NCBI GenBank assembly: GCA_902776615.1
Contig: CACYQU010000001.1
Coordinates: 10,411 to 74,410 of the forward strand
From: an uncultured bacterium
GTDB lineage: Bacteria; Verrucomicrobiota; Kiritimatiellia; RFP12; UBA1067
Direction: 5' to 3'
Length of the DNA: 64,000 bases
Shown here one piece after another: positions 53,025 to 62,482 of this stretch (position 1 is its first letter; each line of letters begins with the position of its first letter). The notes below the pieces were generated by a model that saw only the letters and a program-made list of their open reading frames with translations, had not been told where the DNA came from and did no database searches. Made by a program: the position numbers and the translations under genes.

Positions 53025-56000
53025 ATGAAAAGCGCTCTTGAGCTCTTCGCCGCGCATTTCGCGCCTCCTGGGTTGGAGAGCGGGGGCTCGGTCGCGATAT
53101 CATCGCTTGTTGGTGCAGCCGATGCTTTTGCGGCCAGTTCCCTTGCTCAGAAAGGAAGGATAGTCCTGGCCGTAACGCCAGGCATTCCTGATGCCGATCG
53201 GCTTATGGACGATTTGCGGCTCATCTCGTCGAAAATCAAGGGACCGTCCCCACGAGTTTTGGAGTTTCCACCCAAGCTTGATGACGATAAATCCTCGCTT
53301 GGAACGCGAATAAAGACAATCGCTGCTCTCCGCTCATGGTCTATAAATCCCTATCCATGCGTTGTTGTAGCATCATTCCCTGCACTTTCCACACCGGTTC
53401 AAACAGGGGAAATTCCACATATATCACTAGGGACAGTCCCCACTGCAAAGCCTGTAAAGTTTCAGGACGTGTGCGATTCCCTAGCCAAAATGGGATATAA
53501 TCGCGTAGCTGCCGTCGAGCAGGAAGGCGACTGCTCTGTGCGCGGGGGAATTCTTGATGCGTGGTCGCCGGGCGAGGAGTTTCCGGTAAGAGCCGAGTTT
53601 TTCGGCGATGAACTGGAGTCCATCCGCGCGTTTGACGCGGCGACCCAGATTTCCATAGAGAGACTTGAGCGCGTGACATTGCTGCCGGTCAAGGAAGGCG
53701 GCGAGAACAAGGCGCAGGATAATCGTGCGACGGTTCTCGATTTGCTTCCTGCAGGGTCTGTTGTTTTGGCGCTTGAGCACAACGACTACAGCATTGAAAC
53801 CGCTTTGGGGGAAAGCGCATTGAAGCGCTTTTCTGTGGTGTACACAGGAGATCCGGCTCCGCGCGGCGTTGCGTCGTATGCTTTTGCGACGGCACCTTTA
53901 CCCGGTTTCGCCGAACTTGGCGCCGACGAGGCTCATCATCCGGAACTTTTCGACGACGCGCGTCGCCGTCTTGAGAGGCATGTCGCTGCCGCCGAGGCGC
54001 GCGGCGATCTGGTTCTGCGGGAGGACGGTCTTTCCGGCGGATTCGAGGTAAACTTCCGCGATGGCGGCGGCCGAAACCTTGTCGTTGTGACGAAGTCCGA
54101 TCGCGTTTTCACTCGCCGAAAGCAGAGCCGCGGCTCGCGGGGGCGTCTGCCATCCCTGCAAGGCGTTCGCATAAACGATTTTGAAGACCTTGAGCCGGGT
54201 GAATATGTTGTGCATGTCGACTATGGCGTGGGACGGTTCATCGGATCGTCCGAAATCGTGGTAGACGGCAGGCGGAGCGAGGTTTTCACCATCGAATATG
54301 CCGATGGGGCGAAATTGCACGTTCCTGCAGTGCACGCCCATCTGCTTTCAAGATACGTAGGCGTGAAGGGCGAGGCCGTGCATTTGCACAGGCTGGACGG
54401 AAAACGCTGGGCGAAAGACAAGGTCGCGGCGCAAAAGGCCGTTGCCGATCTTGCCGCGGCGCTTCTTGATACGCAGGCGAAGCGCGAGGTTACGCCTGGC
54501 TTTGCATATGATGTGGAATGCGATGGAATCGAAGCGTTTGAGGCGGCGTTTCCCTATGAGGAGACGCCAGATCAGCTCGCGGCGATTGCGGCCATAAAAA
54601 AGGATCTGTCTTCCACGAAACCCATGGACCGTCTCGTATGCGGCGACGCAGGCTACGGAAAGACCGAGGTCGCAATGCGTGCGGCGTACATTGTCGCAAT
54701 GAACGGCAGGCAGGTCGCGGTTCTCGCGCCGACGACGGTTCTCGCCGAGCAGCATTTCGAGACGTTCACTTCGCGCTTTGACGGCACTCCTATACGGATC
54801 GAGTCGGTGTCGCGCTTCCAGACGAAGAATACCCACAACGGAACGTTTCAGCGTCTCGCCACAGGGGTGTGCGACATAGTAATAGGAACTCATGCAATAC
54901 TTTCAGGCAAAATAGCCTTCCGCGATCTTGGTCTTATAATCATCGACGAGGAGCAACGCTTCGGGGTGCGACACAAGGAGTTCCTCAAGAGACTGAGGGC
55001 CACTGCAGATGTTCTCACGCTTTCGGCCACGCCGATTCCACGCACTCTCTACATGTCCATGACAGGCGCGCGCGATCTGTCGTTGCTGCGCTCGCCTCCG
55101 CGCGAGCGCGTGGCGGTGGACACGAGAATTGTCACCGATTCGGACGAAATCGTCGCCGCAGCCATCGAGGCCGAACTCGCGCGCGGGGGGCAGGTGTTCT
55201 TCCTTCACAACCGGGTTACGACCATTGGCAAGGTCGAAAAGCGACTTAAGGCGATCGTCCCTGACGCAAAGGTAGTCGTTGCGCACGGTCAGATGGAAAA
55301 CCGCACGTTAGCGCGAAAGATGCGCGAGTTCGAGCGGGGCGCCTACGACATACTCCTTTCCACGACGATTGTGGAGTCGGGAATAGACATACCTCGCGCA
55401 AACACGATACTTGTAGATCACGCGGAGATGTTCGGCCTCGCCGATCTCTATCAGCTACGAGGGCGTGTGGGGCGTTCGTCCAAGCAAGGCCGCGCGATTT
55501 TCCTGCTGCCGACAGGCGGTCTCGTCGACTCGGATGCGCGAGAACGGCTTGCCGCGCTCAAACGGCACGGCGGGCTTGGCGCCGGCTTCGATCTGGCGGT
55601 TAGGGATCTGGAGCTTCGCGGGGCGGGAAATCTACTTGGCGCGCAGCAGTCCGGTCACATTGCGGCCGTTGGTTTCGGCCTCTACTGCCAGCTTCTGCGG
55701 CGGACGATAGCGCAGATGAAAGGCGAGAAGGTGAGGGATATTGTCGACGTAAAGCTCAATCTCGACTTCATCGACAGTTCGCCCGCGTCGGAGGACGAGT
55801 CGTGCGCCGCCGCGCTCCCTTACGAATATGTGGAAGAGGATGCTCAGCGCATGAGCTTCCTCAAGCGATTTGCAGAGGCGATGGATGAAAAGGTTGTGCA
55901 TGCGCTCGAAGCGGAGCTCAAGGACCGCTTCGGACCTCTGCCGCCAGCCGCGAAGAGAATGGTTCGTCTGGCGGAGTTGCGCGTGAAATGCGCCACGCGC

Positions 56001-56159
56001 GGCATAGGCATAATAGATGTGAAGGGGAACCGCGCAGTTCTTTACAAGGCCGGCTCGCGCGACATAGCAAAGGTTGTGGAGCTGCGCGGCAAGACGGCTG
56101 ACCGCAAGATCGCCGAACTCCTCAGAACACCCATATGCGCTGAAGCTTGTAGGAAATGA
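53025..56159 (+). CDS. mfd: Transcription-repair coupling factor
   Basis: It has an RNAP-interacting (CarD-like) segment, the SF2 helicase motifs [15 protein letters not shown] and DEEQRFGV, and a TRCF C-terminal domain. Confidence 0.92.
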   Translation: MKSALELFAAHFAPPGLESGGSVAISSLVGAADAFAASSLAQKGRIVLAVTPGIPDADRLMDDLRLISSKIKGPSPRVLEFPPKLDDDKSSLGTRIKTIAALRSWSINPYPCVVVASFPALSTPVQTGEIPHISLGTVPTAKPVKFQDVCDSLAKMGYNRVAAVEQEGDCSVRGGILDAWSPGEEFPVRAEFFGDELESIRAFDAATQISIERLERVTLLPVKEGGENKAQDNRATVLDLLPAGSVVLALEHNDYSIETALGESALKRFSVVYTGDPAPRGVASYAFATAPLPGFAELGADEAHHPELFDDARRRLERHVAAAEARGDLVLREDGLSGGFEVNFRDGGGRNLVVVTKSDRVFTRRKQSRGSRGRLPSLQGVRINDFEDLEPGEYVVHVDYGVGRFIGSSEIVVDGRRSEVFTIEYADGAKLHVPAVHAHLLSRYVGVKGEAVHLHRLDGKRWAKDKVAAQKAVADLAAALLDTQAKREVTPGFAYDVECDGIEAFEAAFPYEETPDQLAAIAAIKKDLSSTKPMDRLVCGDAGYGKTEVAMRAAYIVAMNGRQVAVLAPTTVLAEQHFETFTSRFDGTPIRIESVSRFQTKNTHNGTFQRLATGVCDIVIGTHAILSGKIAFRDLGLIIIDEEQRFGVRHKEFLKRLRATADVLTLSATPIPRTLYMSMTGARDLSLLRSPPRERVAVDTRIVTDSDEIVAAAIEAELARGGQVFFLHNRVTTIGKVEKRLKAIVPDAKVVVAHGQMENRTLARKMREFERGAYDILLSTTIVESGIDIPRANTILVDHAEMFGLADLYQLRGRVGRSSKQGRAIFLLPTGGLVDSDARERLAALKRHGGLGAGFDLAVRDLELRGAGNLLGAQQSGHIAAVGFGLYCQLLRRTIAQMKGEKVRDIVDVKLNLDFIDSSPASEDESCAAALPYEYVEEDAQRMSFLKRFAEAMDEKVVHALEAELKDRFGPLPPAAKRMVRLAELRVKCATRGIGIIDVKGNRAVLYKAGSRDIAKVVELRGKTADRKIAELLRTPICAEACRK

Positions 56160-56568
56160 TGAAAAGCACAGACTCGACCACTATCTTACAGACTGTGATC
56201 ACGGCCCCGCGCAAGTCGAGCACGTACGACAAAACCGCCGTTCCTGCGTAAGACAAGGCGGCTATCAGCAATACAAGAACCCAGTACCGCGTGAATGATG
56301 ACGACACGGATGCCCGGGATTTGAAGACGAATCGCTTGTTCACAACATAGTTCAATGTGGCGGAGACGGCGCGCGCCGTGACAAGGGCGATTAAAATGTC
56401 ATGCCGCCTGAGCATGTTTTGCGCTTGGAGAGCCATCAGCACGATTGTGAAGACCAGATTGTCCACAACAAAACCGAACAGACTCGAAAGCGAGAATCTT
56501 CCGAACCGTTGGAGAACACTTATCGTGATTTTACCCTTCACGCGATACAGTATATCAAAAAAACGCAT
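56122..56568 (-). CDS. GtrA-family membrane protein
   Basis: These are the last 148 codons of the 670-aa track ORF. It has four TM segments and the GtrA pattern (FGFVVDNLVF...LNYVVNKRFVF). The upstream part of that ORF is antisense shadow. Confidence 0.7.
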   Translation of the reverse strand: MRFFDILYRVKGKITISVLQRFGRFSLSSLFGFVVDNLVFTIVLMALQAQNMLRRHDILIALVTARAVSATLNYVVNKRFVFKSRASVSSSFTRYWVLVLLIAALSYAGTAVLSYVLDLRGAVITVCKIVVESVLFIISYKLQRIWVF

Positions 56569-56635
56569 CGTCCGGTTCGCCAAGCGGCGCCCAGGCGGAA
56601 AAATCGCGTCTGGGCGACACGGCTGCGCCAAAATA

Positions 56636-56644
56636 TGGTAAAAT
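56636..56644 (+). promoter_or_regulatory. Extended -10 element TGGTAAAAT (flavodiiron gene, leaderless geometry)
   Basis: The last T is 9 nt before ATG 56653, and there is no SD. Confidence 0.5.
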
Positions 56645-56652
56645 ATCCACCT

Positions 56653-57819
56653 ATGAAAATCACTGATGACATTCTCTACGTCGGCGTAAACGACCACAAG
56701 GTAGATCTTTTCGAGGGGCAGTATGTAGTGCCGCGCGGCATGGCATACAACTCGTATCTCGTAAAGGACGAAAAGACTCTTGTGTTCGACACTGTAGACC
56801 GCAACTTCGGCGATGAGTGGTTCGCCAACATCAAGGCGAAAATCGGCGAAGGCCCGGTCGACTATCTGGTTGTGCAGCATATGGAGCCAGACCACTCTGC
56901 GAACATAGCTGCATTTGCCGCGGCCTATCCAAAGGCCACCATCGTCGCGAGCGCCCAGGCGTTTGTCATGATGAAAAACTTCTTCGGTACCGACTACGCA
57001 GACCGCCGCCTTGTCGTCAAGGATGGCGATACGCTTTCGACCGGCAAGCACACGTTTGCCTTCGTCGCGGCTCCTATGGTCCATTGGCCCGAGGTTATTG
57101 TGACGTACGATACGACCGCCAAGATTCTCTTTTCGGCCGACGGCTTCGGAAAGTTCGGAGCGAACGACGTCGAGGACCCCGAGGGATGGGACTGCGAGGC
57201 AAGGCGCTACTACATCGGAATTGTCGGCAAGTACGGTCCGCAGACGCAGGCGTTGCTGAAGAAGGCCGCAGGCCTCGAAATAAACATGATCTGTCCGCTT
57301 CATGGTCCGGTGCTCGCGACAGCCGAGGAGATCGCCCACGCCGTAAAGCAGTACGACACGTGGTCGAGCTACTCGGTCGAGACGCCTGGCGTGTGCATAG
57401 CATATACCTCGGTGTACGGGCACACAAAGGAGGCGGTGATGAAGCTCAAAGAGCTTCTCCTCGCGAAGGGATGCCCGAAAGTCGCCGTGAGCGACCTTGC
57501 GCGCGACGATCAGCCCGAGGCCGTCGAGGATGCGTTCCGCTACGGAAAGCTCGTTCTTGCGACAACGACCTATAACATGAACATCTTCCCGTGGATGCGT
57601 CACTTCATCGACCACCTCACCGAGCGCAACTACCAGAATCGCACGGTGGCATTCATCGAGAACGGTTCGTGGATGCCTCAGGCTGCGAAGGTGATGCGCA
57701 AGATGTTCGAGAACTCGAAGAACATAACGTTCTGCGAGAATGTCGTCACCATCAAGAGCGCGCTCAGCGCGGAGAGCGAAGCCAAGCTTGAAGCTCTCGC
57801 CGACGAACTCGTGAAGTAG
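56653..57819 (+). CDS. fprA: Flavodiiron protein (metallo-beta-lactamase + flavodoxin; O2/NO reductase type)
   Basis: It has the diiron ligand motif HMEPDHS and a C-terminal flavodoxin-like domain. The N-terminus MKITDDILYVGVND is typical of this family. Confidence 0.85.
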   Translation: MKITDDILYVGVNDHKVDLFEGQYVVPRGMAYNSYLVKDEKTLVFDTVDRNFGDEWFANIKAKIGEGPVDYLVVQHMEPDHSANIAAFAAAYPKATIVASAQAFVMMKNFFGTDYADRRLVVKDGDTLSTGKHTFAFVAAPMVHWPEVIVTYDTTAKILFSADGFGKFGANDVEDPEGWDCEARRYYIGIVGKYGPQTQALLKKAAGLEINMICPLHGPVLATAEEIAHAVKQYDTWSSYSVETPGVCIAYTSVYGHTKEAVMKLKELLLAKGCPKVAVSDLARDDQPEAVEDAFRYGKLVLATTTYNMNIFPWMRHFIDHLTERNYQNRTVAFIENGSWMPQAAKVMRKMFENSKNITFCENVVTIKSALSAESEAKLEALADELVK

Positions 57820-57824
57820 TTGCG

Positions 57825-58994
57825 ATGGGCGGTCGAAGCAGAGTCGCGCCGCATGTGGCGGCACTGCCGAAGAGCGGAATAAGGAAGTTCTTCGACATCG
57901 TCGCGCAGTCCAGGGATATCGTGTCCCTGGGCGTCGGCGAGCCTGACTTTGACACGCCTTGGCACATCTCACGTGCCGCCGTGACCTGTCTGGAGAACGG
58001 CGGCACGCACTACACGTCCAATCTCGGCACGCCGGCGCTGCGCCAGGCGATAGCGCGCTACCTCGAGCGCCGTTTCGACGCGCATTTCGCGTGGGAGCGC
58101 GAGATTCTCGTGACGGTTGGCGTGTCCGAGGCAATAGACCTTGCGATACGCGCCATCTGCTCGCCGGGCGACGAGGTGCTTTATCACGAGCCGTGCTTCG
58201 TGAGCTACGCGCCGACCGTGCGTCTCGCGCACGCTACGCCTGTGGCGGTGGAGACGCGCGCCGAGGATGAATTTAGGCTTACCGTCGAGGCGCTCGAGCG
58301 CAGCGTTACGCCCAAGACGCGCGCGCTGCTGCTGAATTTTCCATGCAACCCGACTGGCGCGACGCTTTCGCGCGAAGACATGGCCGCCATACTCGCATTT
58401 GCCGGGAAGCATGATTTGATGGTTCTTGCAGACGAGGTCTATTCCGAGCTCAACTACGAGGCGGAAGATCCTCCTCTCGCGTCGTTCGCGGGCTTTCCGG
58501 AGGCAAAAGACAGAGTCGTTCTGCTCAACGGCTTTTCGAAAAGCTGGGCGATGACAGGCTATCGTCTGGGATATGCGTGCGGTCCGGCGGATGTGATCGA
58601 CGCGATGATGAAGATACACCAGTACGGAATCATGAGCGCCCCGACGCTTTCGCAGGCGGCCGGCGTCGAGGCCATGGATCGCGGCGACATGGATGTTCGC
58701 CGCATGAAGCGTGAATACCGCCGTCGCCGCGACTATCTTTATGCGGCGCTGAACGGCATGGGGCTCAAGACGGTCATGCCGAAGGGGGCTTTTTACATAT
58801 TCCCCGATGTGCGTTCCACCGGACTGAACGACGAAGATTTCGCACTCGGGCTTTTGAAGGAGTACGGCGTAGCGTGCGTGCCTGGAAGCGCATTCGGGCC
58901 TAGCGGGGCTGGATTCGTCAGAATGAGCTATGCGACGTCGCTTGAGAAGATAAAGCAAGCCGTCGAGCGCCTTGAGCGCATGCTTTCTCGCTGA
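57825..58994 (+). CDS. Class I/II PLP-dependent aminotransferase (aspartate/aromatic type)
   Basis: It has NPTGA and the PLP-lysine motif SKSWAMTGYRLGY. Confidence 0.85.
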   Translation: MGGRSRVAPHVAALPKSGIRKFFDIVAQSRDIVSLGVGEPDFDTPWHISRAAVTCLENGGTHYTSNLGTPALRQAIARYLERRFDAHFAWEREILVTVGVSEAIDLAIRAICSPGDEVLYHEPCFVSYAPTVRLAHATPVAVETRAEDEFRLTVEALERSVTPKTRALLLNFPCNPTGATLSREDMAAILAFAGKHDLMVLADEVYSELNYEAEDPPLASFAGFPEAKDRVVLLNGFSKSWAMTGYRLGYACGPADVIDAMMKIHQYGIMSAPTLSQAAGVEAMDRGDMDVRRMKREYRRRRDYLYAALNGMGLKTVMPKGAFYIFPDVRSTGLNDEDFALGLLKEYGVACVPGSAFGPSGAGFVRMSYATSLEKIKQAVERLERMLSR

Positions 58995-59004
58995 GATTGT
59001 GCGG

Positions 59005-60948
59005 TTATTCGGCTTGTTCCACCAACGCGAAGTCGTCCGCCTCGAATACGCGCATACCGGACGGAACATCCTCGAAGCGGCGCGTGGCTGACGACGACGG
59101 GAATACTATGAGCCTTGGAGGTTCGTTTTTGTCTGTGGTGGGCGGCATCTCGGCGCTTGCCGTGTAGACATGTTGCATCGGGTCTCCGTAGAACACAGTT
59201 GCGTCGCGGTCCCACAAAAGTCCAGCCTTCTCCCGTTCGTCTTTTGCTTCTCCGCGTTCGAGCTTCAGCGCGAGCCATTGGCATGCCGCGTAGTGGGCCG
59301 CGGAAAGCGAATATCCATGCGAGCCGAAATAGCGCCACGTGTTCCATCCGGCGAAGCCGAACCAGGTTGGCTTGATGTATCCGACGAACTGGTTTACCTT
59401 GCCGAAGGAAAGGGCTGTCATCACCATATCGGCATCATCCAGATGGTTTGCTATCAGACAGTTTCCCGGCGCGAGCCATACCTTTTCAGTCGAGGGAGCG
59501 TTCAGAGGACGTGCGCGGCCCTGCCATTTTACTTCTGGCGTAACAGCGAAGATTCCGTTGGTCGCGATCATGTTTCCCAGCGAGAAGGGCATTTCGAGGT
59601 TGCGCTCGGTAGCGTGGGAACTTGTAAGGATCAGTTCAGCATCGATTGCGTTCCACGCGTCGGCGAAAACGTGCGCAAGACTTCCCGTTTCGGAATGACG
59701 CGCCACCTCACCTGCGGCGTTTTTCATCCACCATTCTCCTTTTGGGTATGCGTCGGAGATCACGGCGATCTGTCCGGGCGCTGCGTTTTCGTCTACACCG
59801 GTAGTCGCCAGGATCGACTGGATTGTTCGCGGCTTGCGGGCCGAAGCGAGACGCAGTGCGGTTGCGGCGTCTGGACCTGTGACAATCCCCCATACGGCGT
59901 CATCGAACGGGTCGTCGTCGATATCGCGCATCATGCGCTTCAACGAGACGAGAGTTGCATTGTCGAATTCGCTGGAGCGCAGTATGAATGCGGCATATCG
60001 CGGACGGGATGCGCGGAGCGCTTCAAGCGCGTTTGTGGGACAAGACTGGATGATTTCAACCTGCGCGTCGCCGGTGTGCTTGGCGGCGAGCGCATCTGCG
60101 ACGGCATGCCATTCGGGCGTCGCAAGAGTTTCTGGCGAGGCGACGACGGCGAAGCGCGGTTTGGCGATGTAGCGCGCCGTGACGTCATCGGCCGGCACAT
60201 CAGACAGGCGCTGCGGATATTCCCACGTCTGCCAGAAGCGCGTGCCTTCGGGGGACGGCGACCAGCGGCTTGCGTAGATGCGGCGGTCGATCCGCGTCGT
60301 GTCGGCGCTGGACGCAAATGCGAGAAACCATATGTTGTCTTCACGCTCTTTTTCGCCCGAAGCGAGCACTCGCCAGCGTCCTTGCGACCAGACCTCCACC
60401 CACGAGTGGTTGCCCGGAATTGTAGTCCAGCAGCAGCCGACGAGACGCGCCGGAATGCCGACGGCCCGGCATGCATCGATGAGAAGTATCGAAATTCCAG
60501 TGCACGACGCCATGCCTATCCGCATCGAATGGCGCGGCGACTGCCGGGCTTTGTCGCGGCGCGTGTCATAGTGAACGCCAATCATGTTCCAGATGGTTCG
60601 GTCGAGCTTGACGGCTGCTTCGTAGGCGTTTGTGCAGCCTTCGACCACAGGCAGAAAGCGTTCGCGGAATTCGCCGCGCCAGTCGTCGCGTTCTTCTCGT
60701 ATCACCGAGTAGGGGAGAACGTAGTCGAGATATATGTCGTCTGGATACTGTTCGATGGCGGATTCGCGCGCGACTGCGGCAAGAATGCAATTGTTCGTAA
60801 CGTATTCGCCTGGTATGGGACCGTCCTCGGGCGGCGCGTATTTCATTATGAAATCCACATCGCGCTCCAGCGCGGCGCCTGACATAAAGGCAACCGACGC
60901 CGCGGCGACCAGCGAAAGACCTAATCTGATATTATCCAATCCGTTCAT
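59005..60948 (-). CDS. Secreted two-protease-fold protein: transglutaminase-like cysteine peptidase core + C25/gingipain-like (caspase-fold) domain
   Basis: It has a signal-like N-terminus. The TGase core is MASCTGISILLIDACRAVGIPAR...GNHSWVEVW. The C-terminal domain has LILTSSHA (His), LAPGNCLIAN (Cys) and a VFYGDP ending. Confidence 0.7.
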   Translation of the reverse strand: MNGLDNIRLGLSLVAAASVAFMSGAALERDVDFIMKYAPPEDGPIPGEYVTNNCILAAVARESAIEQYPDDIYLDYVLPYSVIREERDDWRGEFRERFLPVVEGCTNAYEAAVKLDRTIWNMIGVHYDTRRDKARQSPRHSMRIGMASCTGISILLIDACRAVGIPARLVGCCWTTIPGNHSWVEVWSQGRWRVLASGEKEREDNIWFLAFASSADTTRIDRRIYASRWSPSPEGTRFWQTWEYPQRLSDVPADDVTARYIAKPRFAVVASPETLATPEWHAVADALAAKHTGDAQVEIIQSCPTNALEALRASRPRYAAFILRSSEFDNATLVSLKRMMRDIDDDPFDDAVWGIVTGPDAATALRLASARKPRTIQSILATTGVDENAAPGQIAVISDAYPKGEWWMKNAAGEVARHSETGSLAHVFADAWNAIDAELILTSSHATERNLEMPFSLGNMIATNGIFAVTPEVKWQGRARPLNAPSTEKVWLAPGNCLIANHLDDADMVMTALSFGKVNQFVGYIKPTWFGFAGWNTWRYFGSHGYSLSAAHYAACQWLALKLERGEAKDEREKAGLLWDRDATVFYGDPMQHVYTASAEMPPTTDKNEPPRLIVFPSSSATRRFEDVPSGMRVFEADDFALVEQAE

Positions 60949-60956
60949 GGAGAGAT

Positions 60957-60965
60957 ATTGTATCA
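60957..60965 (-). promoter_or_regulatory. Extended -10 element TGATACAAT (transglutaminase/C25 gene, leaderless geometry)
   Basis: On the minus strand the last T is 9 nt before ATG 60948. Confidence 0.5.
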
Positions 60966-61158
60966 GTTTTTGGCCGCCGCTGCCACAGCGGTGCTTTGCT
61001 CGCCGAAATGAGTCATAACCATTTTTCGTTTTCGCCCGTGTATTGTGCCGCGCGCTTCATGTCATTGCGGAGGGATTTTTTCGCCGCTCCCGTCTGTCAT
61101 TGCATTCACGTCGGCAATGGCAAAAACCATATCTTTGCCAGCACGTTCGCCATCGGAA

Positions 61159-62340
61159 TCATGTCGGTTTTTGTTTGTTTCGCCAGTTGCGCATGGTGCA
61201 GCCGAATTTCGCGCGAAACAGCTTTTTCAGATATGTTTCGTTGTTGAAGCCGCAAAGTTCGCCGATATTGCCTATGGGAGTCATTGTCTGTTCGAGCAGC
61301 TCGCACACCTTCTGGAGGCGGAGGGACTGTATGGTGTCGCAGATCGTTTGCCCTGTAACGGCCTTGTAGTTCATTTGCAGCAAGCGAAGAGATGCACCGG
61401 CGGCTTTTGCGACATCCAAAACGGAAATCGGGCGGTTCCCCGCATAGAGGCGTATGAATTCGGTTGCTTTGCTTACCATGCGCCCTGCGCCGTTCGGGTC
61501 GCATGTGGAGATTCGTTCTATTATGCCCTGGACGCCGAAAGTGCGAGGCGGCAATGTGCGTTCTTTGCCGCAGACGAGCTGGACAAGCGTTTCCGCAGCG
61601 ATATATCCGCCATGCGCGAAATCGGGAATTATGCTTGAAAGAGTCGGTTGCATCTGCGAGCAAATGAAGTCTTCGTTGTCGACACCAAGCACCATGGCCT
61701 GTTCCGGAATGGCTATCGAGGCTTTTTTGCAGGCGTCCAGAACATCTTTTGCGCGGGCATCGTTTGCGGCGAATATGCCGCAAGGCTTTGGGATGGTCGA
61801 AATCCATTTTGCCAACGCTGCAAGTTCTTGTCGCTGGTTGCGGCGAGCACTGCATGGGGTGATGAATTCCGAGAACGAACACCCCGAAAGGCAGGCGCAT
61901 TCTCGCATTGCTTGACCTCTTTCCACAGCCCATTGGTCCATTTCGCGAGTATTGACGAATGCGAAGTTGGCCAGATGCTTGTCGATAAAGAGTTTTGCTG
62001 CGGCTGCCGCTATCGCCTTGTTGTCGCAAAAGACGCAGCCGCAGCGCAGTTCCGTATCCGATGGCGGCTCCACGTTCACGAAGACTGCGGCCTTGCACCC
62101 TATGTTCGGCAGGGAGCGCACCGTACGAGGGTCGTTCGTGCCGATGATTACGCCGTCCGGCTTCCAAGTGCGGAATTCTTCTCTCGTGTGGCGAGAGGTA
62201 CCTGTTCCATACAGTTGCACCTGCACTTCCGGATGGACAGCGGCGAAATGCAGTATTCCGCCTGTCATGTCTCGTGAGGCTTTCTGGCTTGTCAGCAGGT
62301 GCGCGAGAATGCGCACAGGCTCTTTGCTCCCTGTCGTCAT
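61159..62340 (-). CDS. XylR-type transcriptional regulator (periplasmic-binding-protein-like sensor + AraC HTH)
   Basis: A C-terminal AraC HTH is present (LDVAKAAGASLRLLQMNYK...GFNNETYLKKLFRAKFGCT). The N-terminal domain is Peripla_BP-like (GIFAANDARAKDVLDA). Confidence 0.85.
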   Translation of the reverse strand: MTTGSKEPVRILAHLLTSQKASRDMTGGILHFAAVHPEVQVQLYGTGTSRHTREEFRTWKPDGVIIGTNDPRTVRSLPNIGCKAAVFVNVEPPSDTELRCGCVFCDNKAIAAAAAKLFIDKHLANFAFVNTREMDQWAVERGQAMRECACLSGCSFSEFITPCSARRNQRQELAALAKWISTIPKPCGIFAANDARAKDVLDACKKASIAIPEQAMVLGVDNEDFICSQMQPTLSSIIPDFAHGGYIAAETLVQLVCGKERTLPPRTFGVQGIIERISTCDPNGAGRMVSKATEFIRLYAGNRPISVLDVAKAAGASLRLLQMNYKAVTGQTICDTIQSLRLQKVCELLEQTMTPIGNIGELCGFNNETYLKKLFRAKFGCTMRNWRNKQKPT

Positions 62341-62347
62341 GCCACTT

Positions 62348-62356
62348 AGTTTAGCA
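62348..62356 (-). promoter_or_regulatory. Possible extended -10 element TGCTAAACT (XylR/AraC regulator, leaderless geometry)
   Basis: On the minus strand the last T is 8 nt before ATG 62340. The hexamer is weaker. Confidence 0.35.
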
Positions 62357-62439
62357 TATTGTTCGCATATTGTGCAACAGCGTTTCGCAAAAGGTGATGT
62401 TTTATGCGCATGAACCTATGGAAATCCTTTGCCCAAGTA

Positions 62440-62448
62440 TGATACAAT
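62440..62448 (+). promoter_or_regulatory. Extended -10 element TGATACAAT (tandem-domain secreted protein)
   Basis: The match lies 35 nt upstream of ATG 62483. Confidence 0.5.
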
Positions 62449-62482
62449 GTGCCTCGTAAACTTGAAAAGAAAGGATTAGATC

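Noticed and set aside
53490-53502. TGGGATATAAT inside mfd as an internal promoter
   Set aside because: The TG is not correctly positioned for an extended -10. The site is mid-gene with no downstream start, and it probably just reflects the local AT-rich patch.
56569-58134. Upstream 520 codons of the 670-aa minus-strand ORF 56122-58134
   Set aside because: Only the last 148 codons (GtrA-like, 4 TM) look real. The rest is antisense to the flavodiiron and aminotransferase genes.
59170-60882. 570-aa plus-strand ORF
   Set aside because: It is antisense to the transglutaminase/C25-like gene, which has clear catalytic motifs and a signal peptide.
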